From: Deferribacterales bacterium
Lineage (GTDB): Bacteria; Chrysiogenota; Deferribacteres; Deferribacterales; Geovibrionaceae
DNA length: 64,000 nt
Reading direction: 5' to 3'
Assembly (NCBI GenBank): GCA_050253075.1
Contig: JBFWJS010000003.1
Location: 149,458-213,457, forward strand
Below the pieces are notes generated by a model. That model had not been told where the DNA came from, searched no databases, and worked only from the letters and a program-made list of their open reading frames with translations. Within the stretch, counting starts at the first letter, position 1. Every line of letters begins with the position of its first letter. Made by a program: the position numbers and the translations under genes. Positions 1 through 9,649 of this stretch are shown here, piece after piece.

Positions 1-93
1 GCACTCCCTGATCTCGAACTCGATGTCGTCGGGAAGGCTTCTGATAAGGAATTTACGTGCAATGGCAGAATCATCAACAACAAGTATTTTCAT
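1..93 (-). CDS. CheY-like response regulator receiver (partial, runs off window start)
   Basis: Manual translation MKILVVDDSAIARKFLIRSLPDDIEFEIREC; classic receiver N-terminus (KILVVDDS). Confidence 0.85.
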   Translation of the reverse strand, partial: MKILVVDDSAIARKFLIRSLPDDIEFEIREC

Positions 94-294
94 AAAAATA
101 GTCTCGCTTAAAATCAATAAAATATGTGTGTTAGTAAATATTACATAATTAGTCCGTTTTATGCAAGATATACTAATTTACCTAGTGAATTTTATAAGTT
201 TTTTTCAATGACATCCACCCCCATTTCTGGTATAAGAAAAGCTCCAAAAAGATTGCAAATACAAGAAACTATCAATATAAAAAAGGTGCTTTTT

Positions 295-528
295 ATGAAG
301 GTTAAAGTTTTCGTAAAGCTGAAAGACGGCGTTCTCGACCCTCAGGGTCAGACAATCCTCGGTTCCATAGGCAGAATGGGCTATGATTTTGCCACTGACG
401 TACGTGTCGGAAAATTCTTTGAAATAGAAGTAAACGACAAATCCTGCGAGAAAGAGCTGGAAAAGATTTCGGCTGATCTCCTCTCCAACCCTATTATCGA
501 AGAATATTCGATAGAGTTCGTGGATTAA
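295..528 (+). CDS. purS: phosphoribosylformylglycinamidine synthase subunit PurS
   Basis: MKVKVFVKLKDGVLDPQG...LLSNPIIEEY; start reset from 124 to the ATG at 295. Confidence 0.95.
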   Translation: MKVKVFVKLKDGVLDPQGQTILGSIGRMGYDFATDVRVGKFFEIEVNDKSCEKELEKISADLLSNPIIEEYSIEFVD

Positions 529-531
529 GAT

Positions 532-1230
532 ATGAAAGCTGGTGTTGTAGTATTTCCCGGTTCAAACTGTGACCACGACTGCTATCACGTTTTAAAGCAT
601 GTTATGGGCGTGGAAACTGTTTTCCTCTGGCATAAGGACACAGACCTTCAGGGTGTGGACCTTGTAGTATTCCCCGGCGGTTTCTCTTATGGAGATTACC
701 TCCGCAGCGGCGCAATCGCAAAATTCAGCCCCATCGTGAACGAGGTTAAAAACTTCGCCGGCAAAGGCGGACATGTGCTCGGCATATGCAACGGCTTTCA
801 GGTGCTGACAGAAGCCGGGCTCCTCCCCGGTGCTCTGATGCGTAACCGCGATCTTAAATTCATCTGCAAATACGTTAACCTTCGTGTCGATAATTCCGAC
901 ACACCGTTCTCCCGTATGTATGCATCAGGCGAAGTTGTCGGCATACCTGTGGCACATATGGACGGTAACTACTACATAGATCCAGACGGTCTGAAAAGAC
1001 TCGAGGACAACGGCCAGGTCGTCTTCCGCTATTGCGACGAGAACGGCGAGGTCATAGATTCCACTAACCTTAACGGATCGCTCAATAACATCGCAGGTAT
1101 CGTGAACGAGGCGGGCAACGTCATGGGTATGATGCCTCACCCTGAGAGATGCGCAGAGGGCATGATGGAGACCAGAGACGGATACTTCCTCTTTGAGTCC
1201 ATCCTGAAAGCTATCGGAGGTGCTGCATGA
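532..1230 (+). CDS. purQ: FGAM synthase glutaminase subunit PurQ
   Basis: [32 protein letters not shown] motifs. Confidence 0.98.
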   Translation: MKAGVVVFPGSNCDHDCYHVLKHVMGVETVFLWHKDTDLQGVDLVVFPGGFSYGDYLRSGAIAKFSPIVNEVKNFAGKGGHVLGICNGFQVLTEAGLLPGALMRNRDLKFICKYVNLRVDNSDTPFSRMYASGEVVGIPVAHMDGNYYIDPDGLKRLEDNGQVVFRYCDENGEVIDSTNLNGSLNNIAGIVNEAGNVMGMMPHPERCAEGMMETRDGYFLFESILKAIGGAA

Positions 1231-3458
1231 GCGTATACGACAGCTTTAACTACCCGGAGGTAACATTCCCCGTAGCGAAAGAGATGGGGCTCTCCGAAGC
1301 CGAGTTTGAGAGCGTTAAAGAGCTCCTCGGCAGAACACCGAACTATATCGAACTCGGCATCATCTCATCCATGTATTCCGAGCACTGTTCATACAAGTCA
1401 AGCCGTGTGCACCTTGCCAAATTCCCTACGGAAGCTCCGTGGGTGGTACAGGGGCCGGGCGAAAACGCAGGGGTTATCTCCGTCAATGACGAAGGTCTCT
1501 GTGTATGCTTTAAGGTGGAGTCACACAACCACCCTTCATTCATTGAGCCGTTTCAGGGCGCTGCCACAGGTGTGGGCGGTATCCTCAGAGACGTGTTCAC
1601 AATGGGCGCACGCCCAGTAGCCGCTATGAACTCTCTTCGCTTCGGCAGCCTTGAGAGCGCAAAGAACAGATACATCTTCGAAGGTGTGGTGGAAGGTATT
1701 TCCCACTACGGTAACTGCTTCGGTGTACCTACTGTCGGCGGTGAAGTTTACTTTAACGACTGCTACGCAGGCAACCCGCTGGTGAATGCTTTCGCCCTCG
1801 GTGTCGTGCAGAAAGATAAGATTTTCCTCGCTAAAGCAGAAGGAAAGGGGAACCCTGTGATATACGTCGGTGCCAAGACAGGACGTGACGGTATTCACGG
1901 TGCTACTATGGCCTCTGCCGAATTTGATGAAAACAGCGAGGCAAAGAGACCAAACGTACAGATAGGCGACCCGTTCAAGGAGAAACTGCTCCTCGAGGCT
2001 TGTCTGGAGCTGATGAAGACAGACTACATCGTAGGTATTCAGGATATGGGTGCTGCGGGTCTGACCAGCTCATCATTTGAAATGGCGTCCAACTCGGGCT
2101 CAGGCGTAAGGCTTGACCTCGACAACGTGCCTATACGTGAAAAGAACATGACCCCTTACGAAATCATGCTTTCCGAGTCTCAGGAGCGTATGCTCATGGT
2201 GGCTAAGAAGGGCTATGAAGATAAGGTTAAAGAAATATTCGAAAAGTGGGACCTAGATGCATCCGTTATCGGTGAAGTTACAGACGACGGATACGTAAGG
2301 CTCACATGGGCAGGCGAAGAAGTTGCCGCACTTGAGGCTGCTCCCCTCGCTAACGAAGCTCCGAAGTATAAGCGTCCATACGCAAGACCTGCTTATCAGG
2401 ACGAACTCCAGAAGGAAGTCGAGGTTGAAGAACCTTCCGACCTTCAGGATGTTCTGGTAAAACTCCTTGCGAATCCGACCATAGCTTCCAAACGCTGGGT
2501 ATGGGAACAGTACGACCACATGGTACGTGTGGGCACAGTACAGCTCCCCGGATGTGACGCAGCGGTTATCAGGCTGAACGAAGGGGAGAACGGCGTAGCC
2601 ATCTCCAGCGACTGTAACAGCAGATACTGCTACCTCAACCCATACGAAGGCGGTAAGGCCGCCATCGCAGAATCAGCGAGAAACGTCGCTGTCAGCGGTG
2701 CGAGACCACGTGCTTTCACTAACTGTCTGAACTTTGGAAACCCTGAGAAAGAAGACATCATGTGGCAGTTCGCTACGGCTATCGACGGTATCTCCGAAGC
2801 TGCTAAAGCTCTCGAGACACCTGTTGTCAGCGGTAACGTGTCACTTTACAATGAAACAGAAGGAACACCTATCCACCCGACACCGACGATAGTAATGGTC
2901 GGCGTTATAGATGATGTGAACAAGCGCATCGGCTCTTACTTCAAAGAGTCAGGCAGCATGGTTTACCTGCTCGGCGAATGCGACGGACACATCGGCGGTT
3001 CCGAATATCTCGCATCTATCCACGGCAAAGAGCTCGGCGACGCTCCGAAGGTTGACCTCGAGCGTGAGAAGGGCATCATCGACTTTATGTGTGATGCTGC
3101 AGAGGCTGGCCTCGTAAATGCTGCCCACGACGTGTCCGAAGGCGGACTTGCCGTAGCTGTCACAGAGATGACATTCGGCTCAGACTGCATCGGCGTGGAT
3201 ATAAAGCTGGAAAACGACATCCGCAGCGACAAGCTCCTCTTTGGTGAAAACCACGGAAGGGTCGTGCTCGAAGTTTCGAACGCAGACTCGAGAGAGGTTG
3301 AAAAACTTGCGGAAAAGTATAACTTACCAATCAGCAGAATAGGCCGTACATGCGGCGACACAATAGTAATATCTGCAGGCAGAGCGAAAGTCATAAGCAT
3401 GCCTGTGAAAGATGCTGAGGCTATATGGAAGAACAGCATCGGGGAAAAAATGAAATGA
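1227..3458 (+). CDS. purL: FGAM synthase subunit PurL
   Basis: [33 protein letters not shown] motifs. Confidence 0.98.
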   Translation: MSVYDSFNYPEVTFPVAKEMGLSEAEFESVKELLGRTPNYIELGIISSMYSEHCSYKSSRVHLAKFPTEAPWVVQGPGENAGVISVNDEGLCVCFKVESHNHPSFIEPFQGAATGVGGILRDVFTMGARPVAAMNSLRFGSLESAKNRYIFEGVVEGISHYGNCFGVPTVGGEVYFNDCYAGNPLVNAFALGVVQKDKIFLAKAEGKGNPVIYVGAKTGRDGIHGATMASAEFDENSEAKRPNVQIGDPFKEKLLLEACLELMKTDYIVGIQDMGAAGLTSSSFEMASNSGSGVRLDLDNVPIREKNMTPYEIMLSESQERMLMVAKKGYEDKVKEIFEKWDLDASVIGEVTDDGYVRLTWAGEEVAALEAAPLANEAPKYKRPYARPAYQDELQKEVEVEEPSDLQDVLVKLLANPTIASKRWVWEQYDHMVRVGTVQLPGCDAAVIRLNEGENGVAISSDCNSRYCYLNPYEGGKAAIAESARNVAVSGARPRAFTNCLNFGNPEKEDIMWQFATAIDGISEAAKALETPVVSGNVSLYNETEGTPIHPTPTIVMVGVIDDVNKRIGSYFKESGSMVYLLGECDGHIGGSEYLASIHGKELGDAPKVDLEREKGIIDFMCDAAEAGLVNAAHDVSEGGLAVAVTEMTFGSDCIGVDIKLENDIRSDKLLFGENHGRVVLEVSNADSREVEKLAEKYNLPISRIGRTCGDTIVISAGRAKVISMPVKDAEAIWKNSIGEKMK

Positions 3459-4822
3459 TTTTTGATAAGTTTCACGAAGAATGCGGTGTAGCGGGGGTTT
3501 ACGCTAATGAAGACGCTGCAAACCTTGTGTACCTTTCTCTCTATGCCCTTCAGCACAGAGGACAGGAAGGTGCGGGGATAGCAGTCAGCAACCGCAGTGA
3601 GATAGCTACAGAAAAAGGGATGGGGCTCGTGGCGGACATCTTCTCTCAGGAGAAGCTGGACAGGCTCACAGGCGACATCGCTATCGGGCATAACAGATAC
3701 AGCACAACCGGTATATCCGAGGTGCAGAATACTCAGCCAATTACAGTTACCATCAACGTAGGTGCGATATCTCTCGCCCACAACGGTAACATCGTGAATG
3801 CAGACGAGATAAAAGCGGAGCTGGTTAAGCAGGGTGCGATATTTAACTCTACATCAGATACAGAGGTCATCGTGCACCTCATCGCAAAGAGCAAAAAAGA
3901 CAACCTTTTCGACTCTATCGTCTATGCGCTTTCACAGCTAAAGGGTGCTTTCTCCCTTCTTATCATGACAAACGACAAGCTGATCGGCGTGCGTGACCCT
4001 ATGGGTATGCGTCCGCTCGTCCTCGGAAAGCTGAAGAGCGGATACATCCTCGCTTCTGAAAGCTGTGCACTCGACCTCATCGAAGCCACAATGGTGAGAG
4101 AGATCGAGCCGGGCGAGATGATCATCATCGACGATAACGGCATGAAGTCAGTATTCCCATTCGAAAAAACAGCACCGAAACAGTGCGTTTTTGAGCATAT
4201 ATATTTCGCCAGACCCGATTCATTCATCTTCGGCAACAGTGTTTATAACGTGCGTAAGCGCATGGGCTATAAGCTCGCCGAGGAGGACGATATCGAGGCT
4301 GATGTTGTTATCCCTGTGCCCGACTCGGGCGTGGTGGCAACACTCGGCTATGCCGAAAAGAGCGGAATACCCTTCCAGATGGGACTTATGAGAAACCATT
4401 ACGTGGGCAGAACCTTCATCGAGCCGAGCCAGTCTATCAGACACTTCGGCGTGAAGATAAAGCTGAACCCTGTTAGGGAAGTGATCGAAGGGAAGAGGGT
4501 TGTCGTGGTGGATGACTCCATCGTCAGAGGAACCACCAGCCGTAAGATAGTGAAAATGCTGAGAGAGGCGGGCGCTAAAGAAGTGCACATGCGCATAAGC
4601 AGCCCTCCGACAGCTTACCCTTGTTTCTACGGTATCGACACACCGACCAGAAAAGAACTTATCGCCTCCACACACACAATAGAGGAGACGAGAAAATACA
4701 TTACTGCGGATAGTCTAAACTATCTGAGTATCGAAGGTCTGATGGAATGTGTGCAGAGCAATAACTATTGCCAGGCATGTTTCACCGGGGAATACCCGAC
4801 CATCCATCATAACGGTGATTAA
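3455..4822 (+). CDS. purF: amidophosphoribosyltransferase (propeptide and 4Fe-4S type)
   Basis: EECG N-terminal nucleophile after short propeptide, [16 protein letters not shown]; Fe-S-type Cys in CVFE, PCFYG, YCQAC. Confidence 0.97.
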   Translation: MIFDKFHEECGVAGVYANEDAANLVYLSLYALQHRGQEGAGIAVSNRSEIATEKGMGLVADIFSQEKLDRLTGDIAIGHNRYSTTGISEVQNTQPITVTINVGAISLAHNGNIVNADEIKAELVKQGAIFNSTSDTEVIVHLIAKSKKDNLFDSIVYALSQLKGAFSLLIMTNDKLIGVRDPMGMRPLVLGKLKSGYILASESCALDLIEATMVREIEPGEMIIIDDNGMKSVFPFEKTAPKQCVFEHIYFARPDSFIFGNSVYNVRKRMGYKLAEEDDIEADVVIPVPDSGVVATLGYAEKSGIPFQMGLMRNHYVGRTFIEPSQSIRHFGVKIKLNPVREVIEGKRVVVVDDSIVRGTTSRKIVKMLREAGAKEVHMRISSPPTAYPCFYGIDTPTRKELIASTHTIEETRKYITADSLNYLSIEGLMECVQSNNYCQACFTGEYPTIHHNGD

Positions 4823-4834
4823 CAGGAGCAGCAT

Positions 4835-5194
4835 ATGGCTGATGTGATTGTTGTCAGAATGTTCGGCAGCAGCATGGAATTTGTTTCCGGCTGAAGCCCT
4901 TCATATTTCCCCTCGGGCTGTGGGGTAAAAGATGATCCTTACGAAGAGCTCTCTTATAAGACCGACGCACTCCTTACCACTGAGTTTGGTAAGGACAATG
5001 TCGACTTTAAGTATATAGATGTCTCTTCACCTGAAATACTAGATTATATCAACGATGTTACCAATATCGTTGAAGGCAGACTGCCTTTCCCTTATATCTC
5101 TTTGAACGACAAGCCTTTGTGCTGGGGGCTCATGGAGCCGCAGGAGATAATGGGCAAGATAAAAGATAAGCTCGACGGCGGGGCGGAAGCGTAA
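4835..5194 (+). CDS. candidate selenoprotein, YuzD/DUF1462-like thioredoxin fold, 119 aa, Sec at codon 20 (TGA 4892-4894)
   Basis: SD AGGAG 4824-4828, ATG 4835; frame open to TAA 5192-5194 except one TGA; MADVIVVRMFGSSMEFVSG(U)SPSYFPSGCG...FKYIDVSSPE...LPFPYISLNDKPLCWG; SECIS-like hairpin follows the TGA. Confidence 0.8.
4901..4935 (+). promoter_or_regulatory. putative bacterial SECIS hairpin
   Basis: TCAT/ATGA, TTT/AAA, CCCC/GGGG stems with apical C-GGGCT-G; first loop G is 21 nt after the UGA. Confidence 0.6.
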
Positions 5195-5276
5195 CATTGT
5201 AAGTTAGTTTTGCACATATGGCGAAATATTGTATAATGGGTAATACAGTGATTATTACTTATTATGTGGTGCTTAC

Positions 5277-6386
5277 ATGATGGATACACAATACGCTCCG
5301 GCCGAAAGAGATGCCGATGATATGATTTGGGCGCAATACGGTAAGTTTTGTGCCAGTCCCGTGCTGAACAATTTTCTAAGTAAGATTGATCAGTACATCA
5401 TCGTCCTGAATAAACGCAGACAGATCATATTTGCGAATGCTTCATTCCTTGCCGATATGGGGGTTTCCGATGTTTACGATGCTCTTGGCAAGCGTATCGG
5501 AGAGCTTCTCGACTGTCGCTTTGCCTGGTGTGTCGCAGGATGCGGAACATCTGAGTTCTGCATGGAGTGCGGTGCCGTCCGCTCTATCCTGGAGTCTCAG
5601 AACGGCATGGATAACGTCAGGGAATGCATCATTCTCACCAAAAATTCCAAAACACTCGAGCTGGGCGTATCCAGTAAAAGGATACATATCGCCGGCGAAG
5701 ATTACACGCTTTTCAGCATTACGGACCTTTCGGAAAGGAAGAATCTGAAAGCTATCGAAGACATCTTTTTCCACGATATATCGAATCTGGCTACCAGTAT
5801 GCATTCCATGATACACCTGCTGCACGATGAGCGTATCCTTGATAAGCAGAAGATACAGGCACAGCTTGTCCGCAGCTCCGAGGAACTCCTCAGCGAGCTG
5901 AATTCTCATAAACTGCTGAAATCTGCAGAGAAGAACGAGCTAGCCGTTGATATGGGCACTTACAGCTCTATCACTATTATGGAGCGTGCCATCGGGCTGG
6001 TGGAGAGGCTGCAGTCCTCCAGAGGAAACATACTGTACATCCACCACAACAGTGCAGAGTTCGATATTAAAACAGATATAAATCTCATTAACAGAGTCCT
6101 TATAAACATGCTTACCAACGCACTGGAAGCCTCATCCTTTGGGGAGAAGGTGACCATCGGCTCAGAGATACTGGGCGAGAACAAGATATTCTGGGTGCAC
6201 AACAGCTCTTACATGAGCCCTGCTATACAGGCAAAGATATTCCGCACTAATTTCAGCACGAAAAAGAGAGGGTCGGGATACGGCACAAGCAGCATAAGGC
6301 TCATAACGGAAAATTATCTGGGCGGGCGGGTGAGCTTCAGCTCGGATAAAGACAACGGAACAGTTTTCAGGATAATATTGAAATAA
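5277..6386 (+). CDS. PAS-like domain sensor histidine kinase (cytoplasmic)
   Basis: IFFHDISN H-box, NMLTNALEAS N-box, GSGYG G2-box; Cys-rich CRFAWCVAGCGTSEFCMECG in the sensor part. Confidence 0.88.
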   Translation: MMDTQYAPAERDADDMIWAQYGKFCASPVLNNFLSKIDQYIIVLNKRRQIIFANASFLADMGVSDVYDALGKRIGELLDCRFAWCVAGCGTSEFCMECGAVRSILESQNGMDNVRECIILTKNSKTLELGVSSKRIHIAGEDYTLFSITDLSERKNLKAIEDIFFHDISNLATSMHSMIHLLHDERILDKQKIQAQLVRSSEELLSELNSHKLLKSAEKNELAVDMGTYSSITIMERAIGLVERLQSSRGNILYIHHNSAEFDIKTDINLINRVLINMLTNALEASSFGEKVTIGSEILGENKIFWVHNSSYMSPAIQAKIFRTNFSTKKRGSGYGTSSIRLITENYLGGRVSFSSDKDNGTVFRIILK

Positions 6387-6395
6387 TGATTCTGA

Positions 6396-6639
6396 TCAGA
6401 TCTTTCGGCTGAACCCTCAGGATGACAGTAGAATATGATATTGAAATAACAAAGGGAGCCTTTCGGGTAAGGGACTTAAAAGATTTGTTACAGAATCTCT
6501 AAAACAAATATAACTACGTCATTCTGAGCGTAGTGAAGAATCTGATACCATTAGAGGATCCACGTGTTCAGATCCTTCGGCTTAAACCTCAGGATGACAC
6601 TAGAATATGATATTGGAATAAAAAAAGGGAGCCTTTCGG
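6396..6639. repeat. ~71-bp direct repeat (6396-6466 and 6568-6639) plus a REP-like palindromic element (6518-6598)
   Basis: TCAGATCYTTCGGCT..CCTCAGGATGACA.TAGAATATGATATTG.AATAA..AAAGGGAGCCTTTCGG twice; GTCATTCTGAG...CTCAGGATGAC and GAAGAATCTGA...TCAGATCCTTC inverted repeats. Confidence 0.85.
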
Positions 6640-6647
6640 CTCCCTTT
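6624..6647. terminator. intrinsic terminator between convergent genes
   Basis: AAAGGGAGCC-TTTC-GGCTCCCTTT. Confidence 0.85.
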
Positions 6648-6652
6648 GTCGT

Positions 6653-8554
6653 TTACTGGTAGTACTCTGTGTATCTCTGGTTGATTATGATCTCAGCCTT
6701 TGATTTCAGGTTTGCGACATAGCTTTCTACAGCTTGTGTCGACTTTGTGCCGTAGAGTGCGGCTTTTATCTCTGCTTTTTCCTGATCTGACATCAGCGAT
6801 GTGTCAGGTTTGTATATCTCTTTCACCTGAACAAGGAAGACCTTGCTGCCCACAGTGTAGGCATCCTGTATGAACTTGCCTGCTTCGGATGTAAAGATAT
6901 CTCCCATAAGTCTCTGATTTATGCCTAGTCCTGTTATAGGATCGTTTCTCTTAAACTTAGGAGTTGTTGTATATGACTTTTTAAGCTGGTTAGCGGCATC
7001 GTCCATAGTGGCGAGCTGTGCAGCTTCTTTTGCCGTATTCTGTGCAAGCTCAAGGCTCTTAGCTTTCATAAAGTCCGCTGTGACCTGCTCTTTGATGTCG
7101 TTGAGCTCAGGGATGTATGAGTCATACTTCTCTGTCATTTCGAATATCATCTTGTCTTCGCCTACTTCCATAACCTGAGAAAGCTCAGATTTGTTCAGAA
7201 CGAGCAGTCTTGCTGCGGCGTTTGTATTGCCGAGAAGAGGAGCAACATCGCCTGCTGCGGAGAGTCCCTTGATCTCGTGAACTTCGAGTTTCTCTTCAGC
7301 ATCAGCGTTATAAGCTGTGATGTTAGACTTGTTTAATATCTGCTTGTATGTGTCGAAAACGTAAGTTCTGAAAGAAGACTGAGCCTTCTGATCTTTGATC
7401 ATAGCGGCTATTCTGTCTCTTACCTGGTCGAGGCTAGGGTTTGTCTCAGGTACGTATTCGTTTACTTTTATAATGTGGAAGCCGAACTGTGTCTTAACAA
7501 CGTCGGATATTTCACCCGGCTTTGTTTCGAATGCAGCTTTCTCGAATTCAGGAACCATCTGACCTCTGGTGAAGAAGCCGAGCTCTCCGCCTGTCTGTGC
7601 TGTGCCGTCCTGAGAGTATTTTTTAGCAAGTGCAGCGAAATCTGCCCCATTTGCCAGCTGCTCACGTATATCTTTTGCTTTTTTATAAATTTCGTTAGCT
7701 GCCATCTCGTCTGACCAGTTATCTACTTTCAGAAGGATGTGTGCGGCGCTTACTTTTTCAGCTTCTTTGAATGCATCTTTGTTCTGGATAAAGAAAGACT
7801 CGATCTCGCTGTCTGTAGCGTCGAAGCTGCCTTTGTAAGACTCGGCATTGAAAGCTACGTATTTAAAATCAGCCTTTGTAGGAACTCTGTATGCCTCTTT
7901 GTTTTCCTCGTAGAAAGCGTTGAGAGCTTCGTCTGTGAGTTCTACGCCGCCGATGAAGTCGTCTGCGGAGAGTTCAAGGTATCTGATGGATGCTTCTGTG
8001 TTTCTATAAACATATTCGAGGTCGATCTCTTTCGGACTTACCTCGACAGATTTTCTGATGAGGTCATCCATCTTCTGAAGAGTAAGGTCTCTTCTGATGC
8101 TGTCTTCGAAAATCTGCGGTGTCAGCCTGTTTCTTCCGAGGAGCTGAACATAGAGCTGCTGATCAAACTTTCCGTCTGTCTGGAAAGCCTGTACAGACTG
8201 TATCTGAGCCGCAACTTCAGCATCGGAAGCCGGAATGCCGAGCTTCTCTGCCTCGCCGCGGAGGAGTGATTCGTTTATAAGTGTGTCCATAACAGTTTTT
8301 TCGATGGAGTTACCTTCGAGAAGTTCGTCTATATTGTTACCGAAAAGCTGTCTGAACTGGTTTCTTGTATCTTCGACTCTCTGTCTGAATTCCTGATCCG
8401 TGATCATGACGCCGTTAACTTTTGCAGCGTAAAGCTGTTCCTGTGCTTTGTCGCCGACTCCCCAGACGAAGAATATTGTGCCGACAAATGCTGCGATGAT
8501 GAACCATAGGGAAAATGTGGTGAGTTTCTTTTTGTTTCGTAAGCTGGAGATCAT
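6653..8554 (-). CDS. ppiD: PpiD-like periplasmic chaperone/peptidyl-prolyl isomerase (SurA-N + parvulin)
   Basis: N-terminal TM, SurA_N region, parvulin motifs AAHIL, GGELGFF, MVPEFE, TQFGFHII. Confidence 0.88.
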   Translation of the reverse strand: MISSLRNKKKLTTFSLWFIIAAFVGTIFFVWGVGDKAQEQLYAAKVNGVMITDQEFRQRVEDTRNQFRQLFGNNIDELLEGNSIEKTVMDTLINESLLRGEAEKLGIPASDAEVAAQIQSVQAFQTDGKFDQQLYVQLLGRNRLTPQIFEDSIRRDLTLQKMDDLIRKSVEVSPKEIDLEYVYRNTEASIRYLELSADDFIGGVELTDEALNAFYEENKEAYRVPTKADFKYVAFNAESYKGSFDATDSEIESFFIQNKDAFKEAEKVSAAHILLKVDNWSDEMAANEIYKKAKDIREQLANGADFAALAKKYSQDGTAQTGGELGFFTRGQMVPEFEKAAFETKPGEISDVVKTQFGFHIIKVNEYVPETNPSLDQVRDRIAAMIKDQKAQSSFRTYVFDTYKQILNKSNITAYNADAEEKLEVHEIKGLSAAGDVAPLLGNTNAAARLLVLNKSELSQVMEVGEDKMIFEMTEKYDSYIPELNDIKEQVTADFMKAKSLELAQNTAKEAAQLATMDDAANQLKKSYTTTPKFKRNDPITGLGINQRLMGDIFTSEAGKFIQDAYTVGSKVFLVQVKEIYKPDTSLMSDQEKAEIKAALYGTKSTQAVESYVANLKSKAEIIINQRYTEYYQ

Positions 8555-8582
8555 AATGAAATTACCTCAGATGTTGTTTAAA

Positions 8583-8688
8583 GGACCCGACAGGGTGACT
8601 CCGGCACACAGAGATGCCCACTACCGTTGCTTCCTTCCGGACCTGGCGGGGTTTGCGGGAAATCCGTTGCAGAGGCCCCATCGGGACC
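8583..8688 (-). ncRNA. ffs: signal recognition particle small RNA (4.5S)
   Basis: Minus strand contains CCGCCAGGTCCGGAAGGAAGCAACGG (SRP helix 8, GGAA tetraloop) within long terminal pairing; located downstream of tRNA-Ser. Confidence 0.93.
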
Positions 8689-8720
8689 ATTCTAAATAGT
8701 TTTGTTAAAACAACAAAAAG

Positions 8721-8810
8721 CGGAGAAGGAGGGATTCGAACCCTCGGTACGCGATTAACGTACACACACTTTCCAGGCGTGCTCCTTAAACCTGACTCGG
8801 ACACCTCTCC
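8721..8810 (-). tRNA. tRNA-Ser(GGA)
   Basis: GGAGAGG acceptor, anticodon arm CACGC-CTGGAAA-GTGTG, long variable arm, GGTTCGAATCC; CCA not encoded. Confidence 0.96.
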
Positions 8811-8964
8811 AGAAAGGAATCAAGTTTATATCAGCCTTTTCGCTTTCTGTCAATAGTATACATGACAGTTTTTAATCAATTTTCTGATCAATACTGCTCA
8901 CTGCTAAACATATCACATCCTGAGATAAAATATAATCTTTTCATACTTTAAAACGGAGGAAAAA

Positions 8965-9108
8965 ATGGACGGTAAACGTGAGAACACATTACAGACATGT
9001 CTGTCTGAGGAAGAGAGAGAGGCCGTGATACGTATGGCAGAGGACGAAGGGATAAGCGTTTCGGCTTTCATACGAAGGGCTGTGCGCAGAGACATTAAAA
9101 AGAATTGA
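8965..9108 (+). CDS. small ribbon-helix-helix (CopG-like) protein, 47 aa
   Basis: SD GGAGG 8955-8959; MDGKRENTLQTCLSEEEREAVIRMAEDEGISVSAFIRRAVRRDIKKN; followed by terminator; below the ORF-track cutoff. Confidence 0.75.
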   Translation: MDGKRENTLQTCLSEEEREAVIRMAEDEGISVSAFIRRAVRRDIKKN

Positions 9109-9114
9109 AACAGA

Positions 9115-9142
9115 AAACGGGCTGTTTACGGACAGCCCGTTT
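9115..9142. terminator. bidirectional terminator
   Basis: AAACGGGCTGT-loop-ACAGCCCGTTT. Confidence 0.8.
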
Positions 9143-9557
9143 ATTTCACAAGCTCCAGTTCGGCTTTCATATCTGTCTTTTCTATCAGCAGGAAATACTG
9201 CTCGGGCTTTTTCTCCTCCGGCTGTGTGCCTCCGGCGGTGACGAGTATCTTCCCGTCTTTTTTTACGACACTCTGAATATCGAGACCGCATCCTTCGCAG
9301 AAGGCGCTCCCTTTATTTATAATGAGTACTGAGTTCTTGCCGAAATCCACATCTTTCAGCGGCTGATGCTCCTTCAGAGCGCGCATCATAAGGAATGATG
9401 TATATTCCGCTTCGGAGTTTATAATCCTTGCCATCGGGGCAGGTTTGTAAAACTGGGTATCTGTGGTGATAATGGTATAATTCACAAGCGTATCTCCTGT
9501 GGCACAGGCATAAAGCATTGATAAAGATAAAAGTGTAAAAATTAATATTTTTTTCAT
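9141..9557 (-). CDS. lipoprotein, PrcB C-terminal-like domain
   Basis: Lipobox LYAC; VDFGKNSVLII-x-G...GLDIQSV...ILV...Y-LLIEK pattern typical of PrcB_C. Confidence 0.65.
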   Translation of the reverse strand: MKKILIFTLLSLSMLYACATGDTLVNYTIITTDTQFYKPAPMARIINSEAEYTSFLMMRALKEHQPLKDVDFGKNSVLIINKGSAFCEGCGLDIQSVVKKDGKILVTAGGTQPEEKKPEQYFLLIEKTDMKAELELVK

Positions 9558-9649
9558 ACCTTCTCCATCTTAAAATCGTATATAAATTTATAACACAAAT
9601 ATAGGTACTATGATATTATATGTTATCGAAACAATTAGGAGACTAGAGT

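Noticed and set aside
124..294. N-terminal extension of purS in the ORF track
   Set aside because: AT-rich divergent promoter region; the PurS fold starts at ATG 295.
5092..5289. 65-aa minus-strand ORF
   Set aside because: Antisense to the Sec ORF and overlapping the kinase start; no recognisable motif.
6396..6639. Possible CRISPR array
   Set aside because: Only two long imperfect repeats, no regular spacers and no cas genes.
8562..8856. 80-aa ORFs on both strands
   Set aside because: They are translations across ffs and tRNA-Ser.
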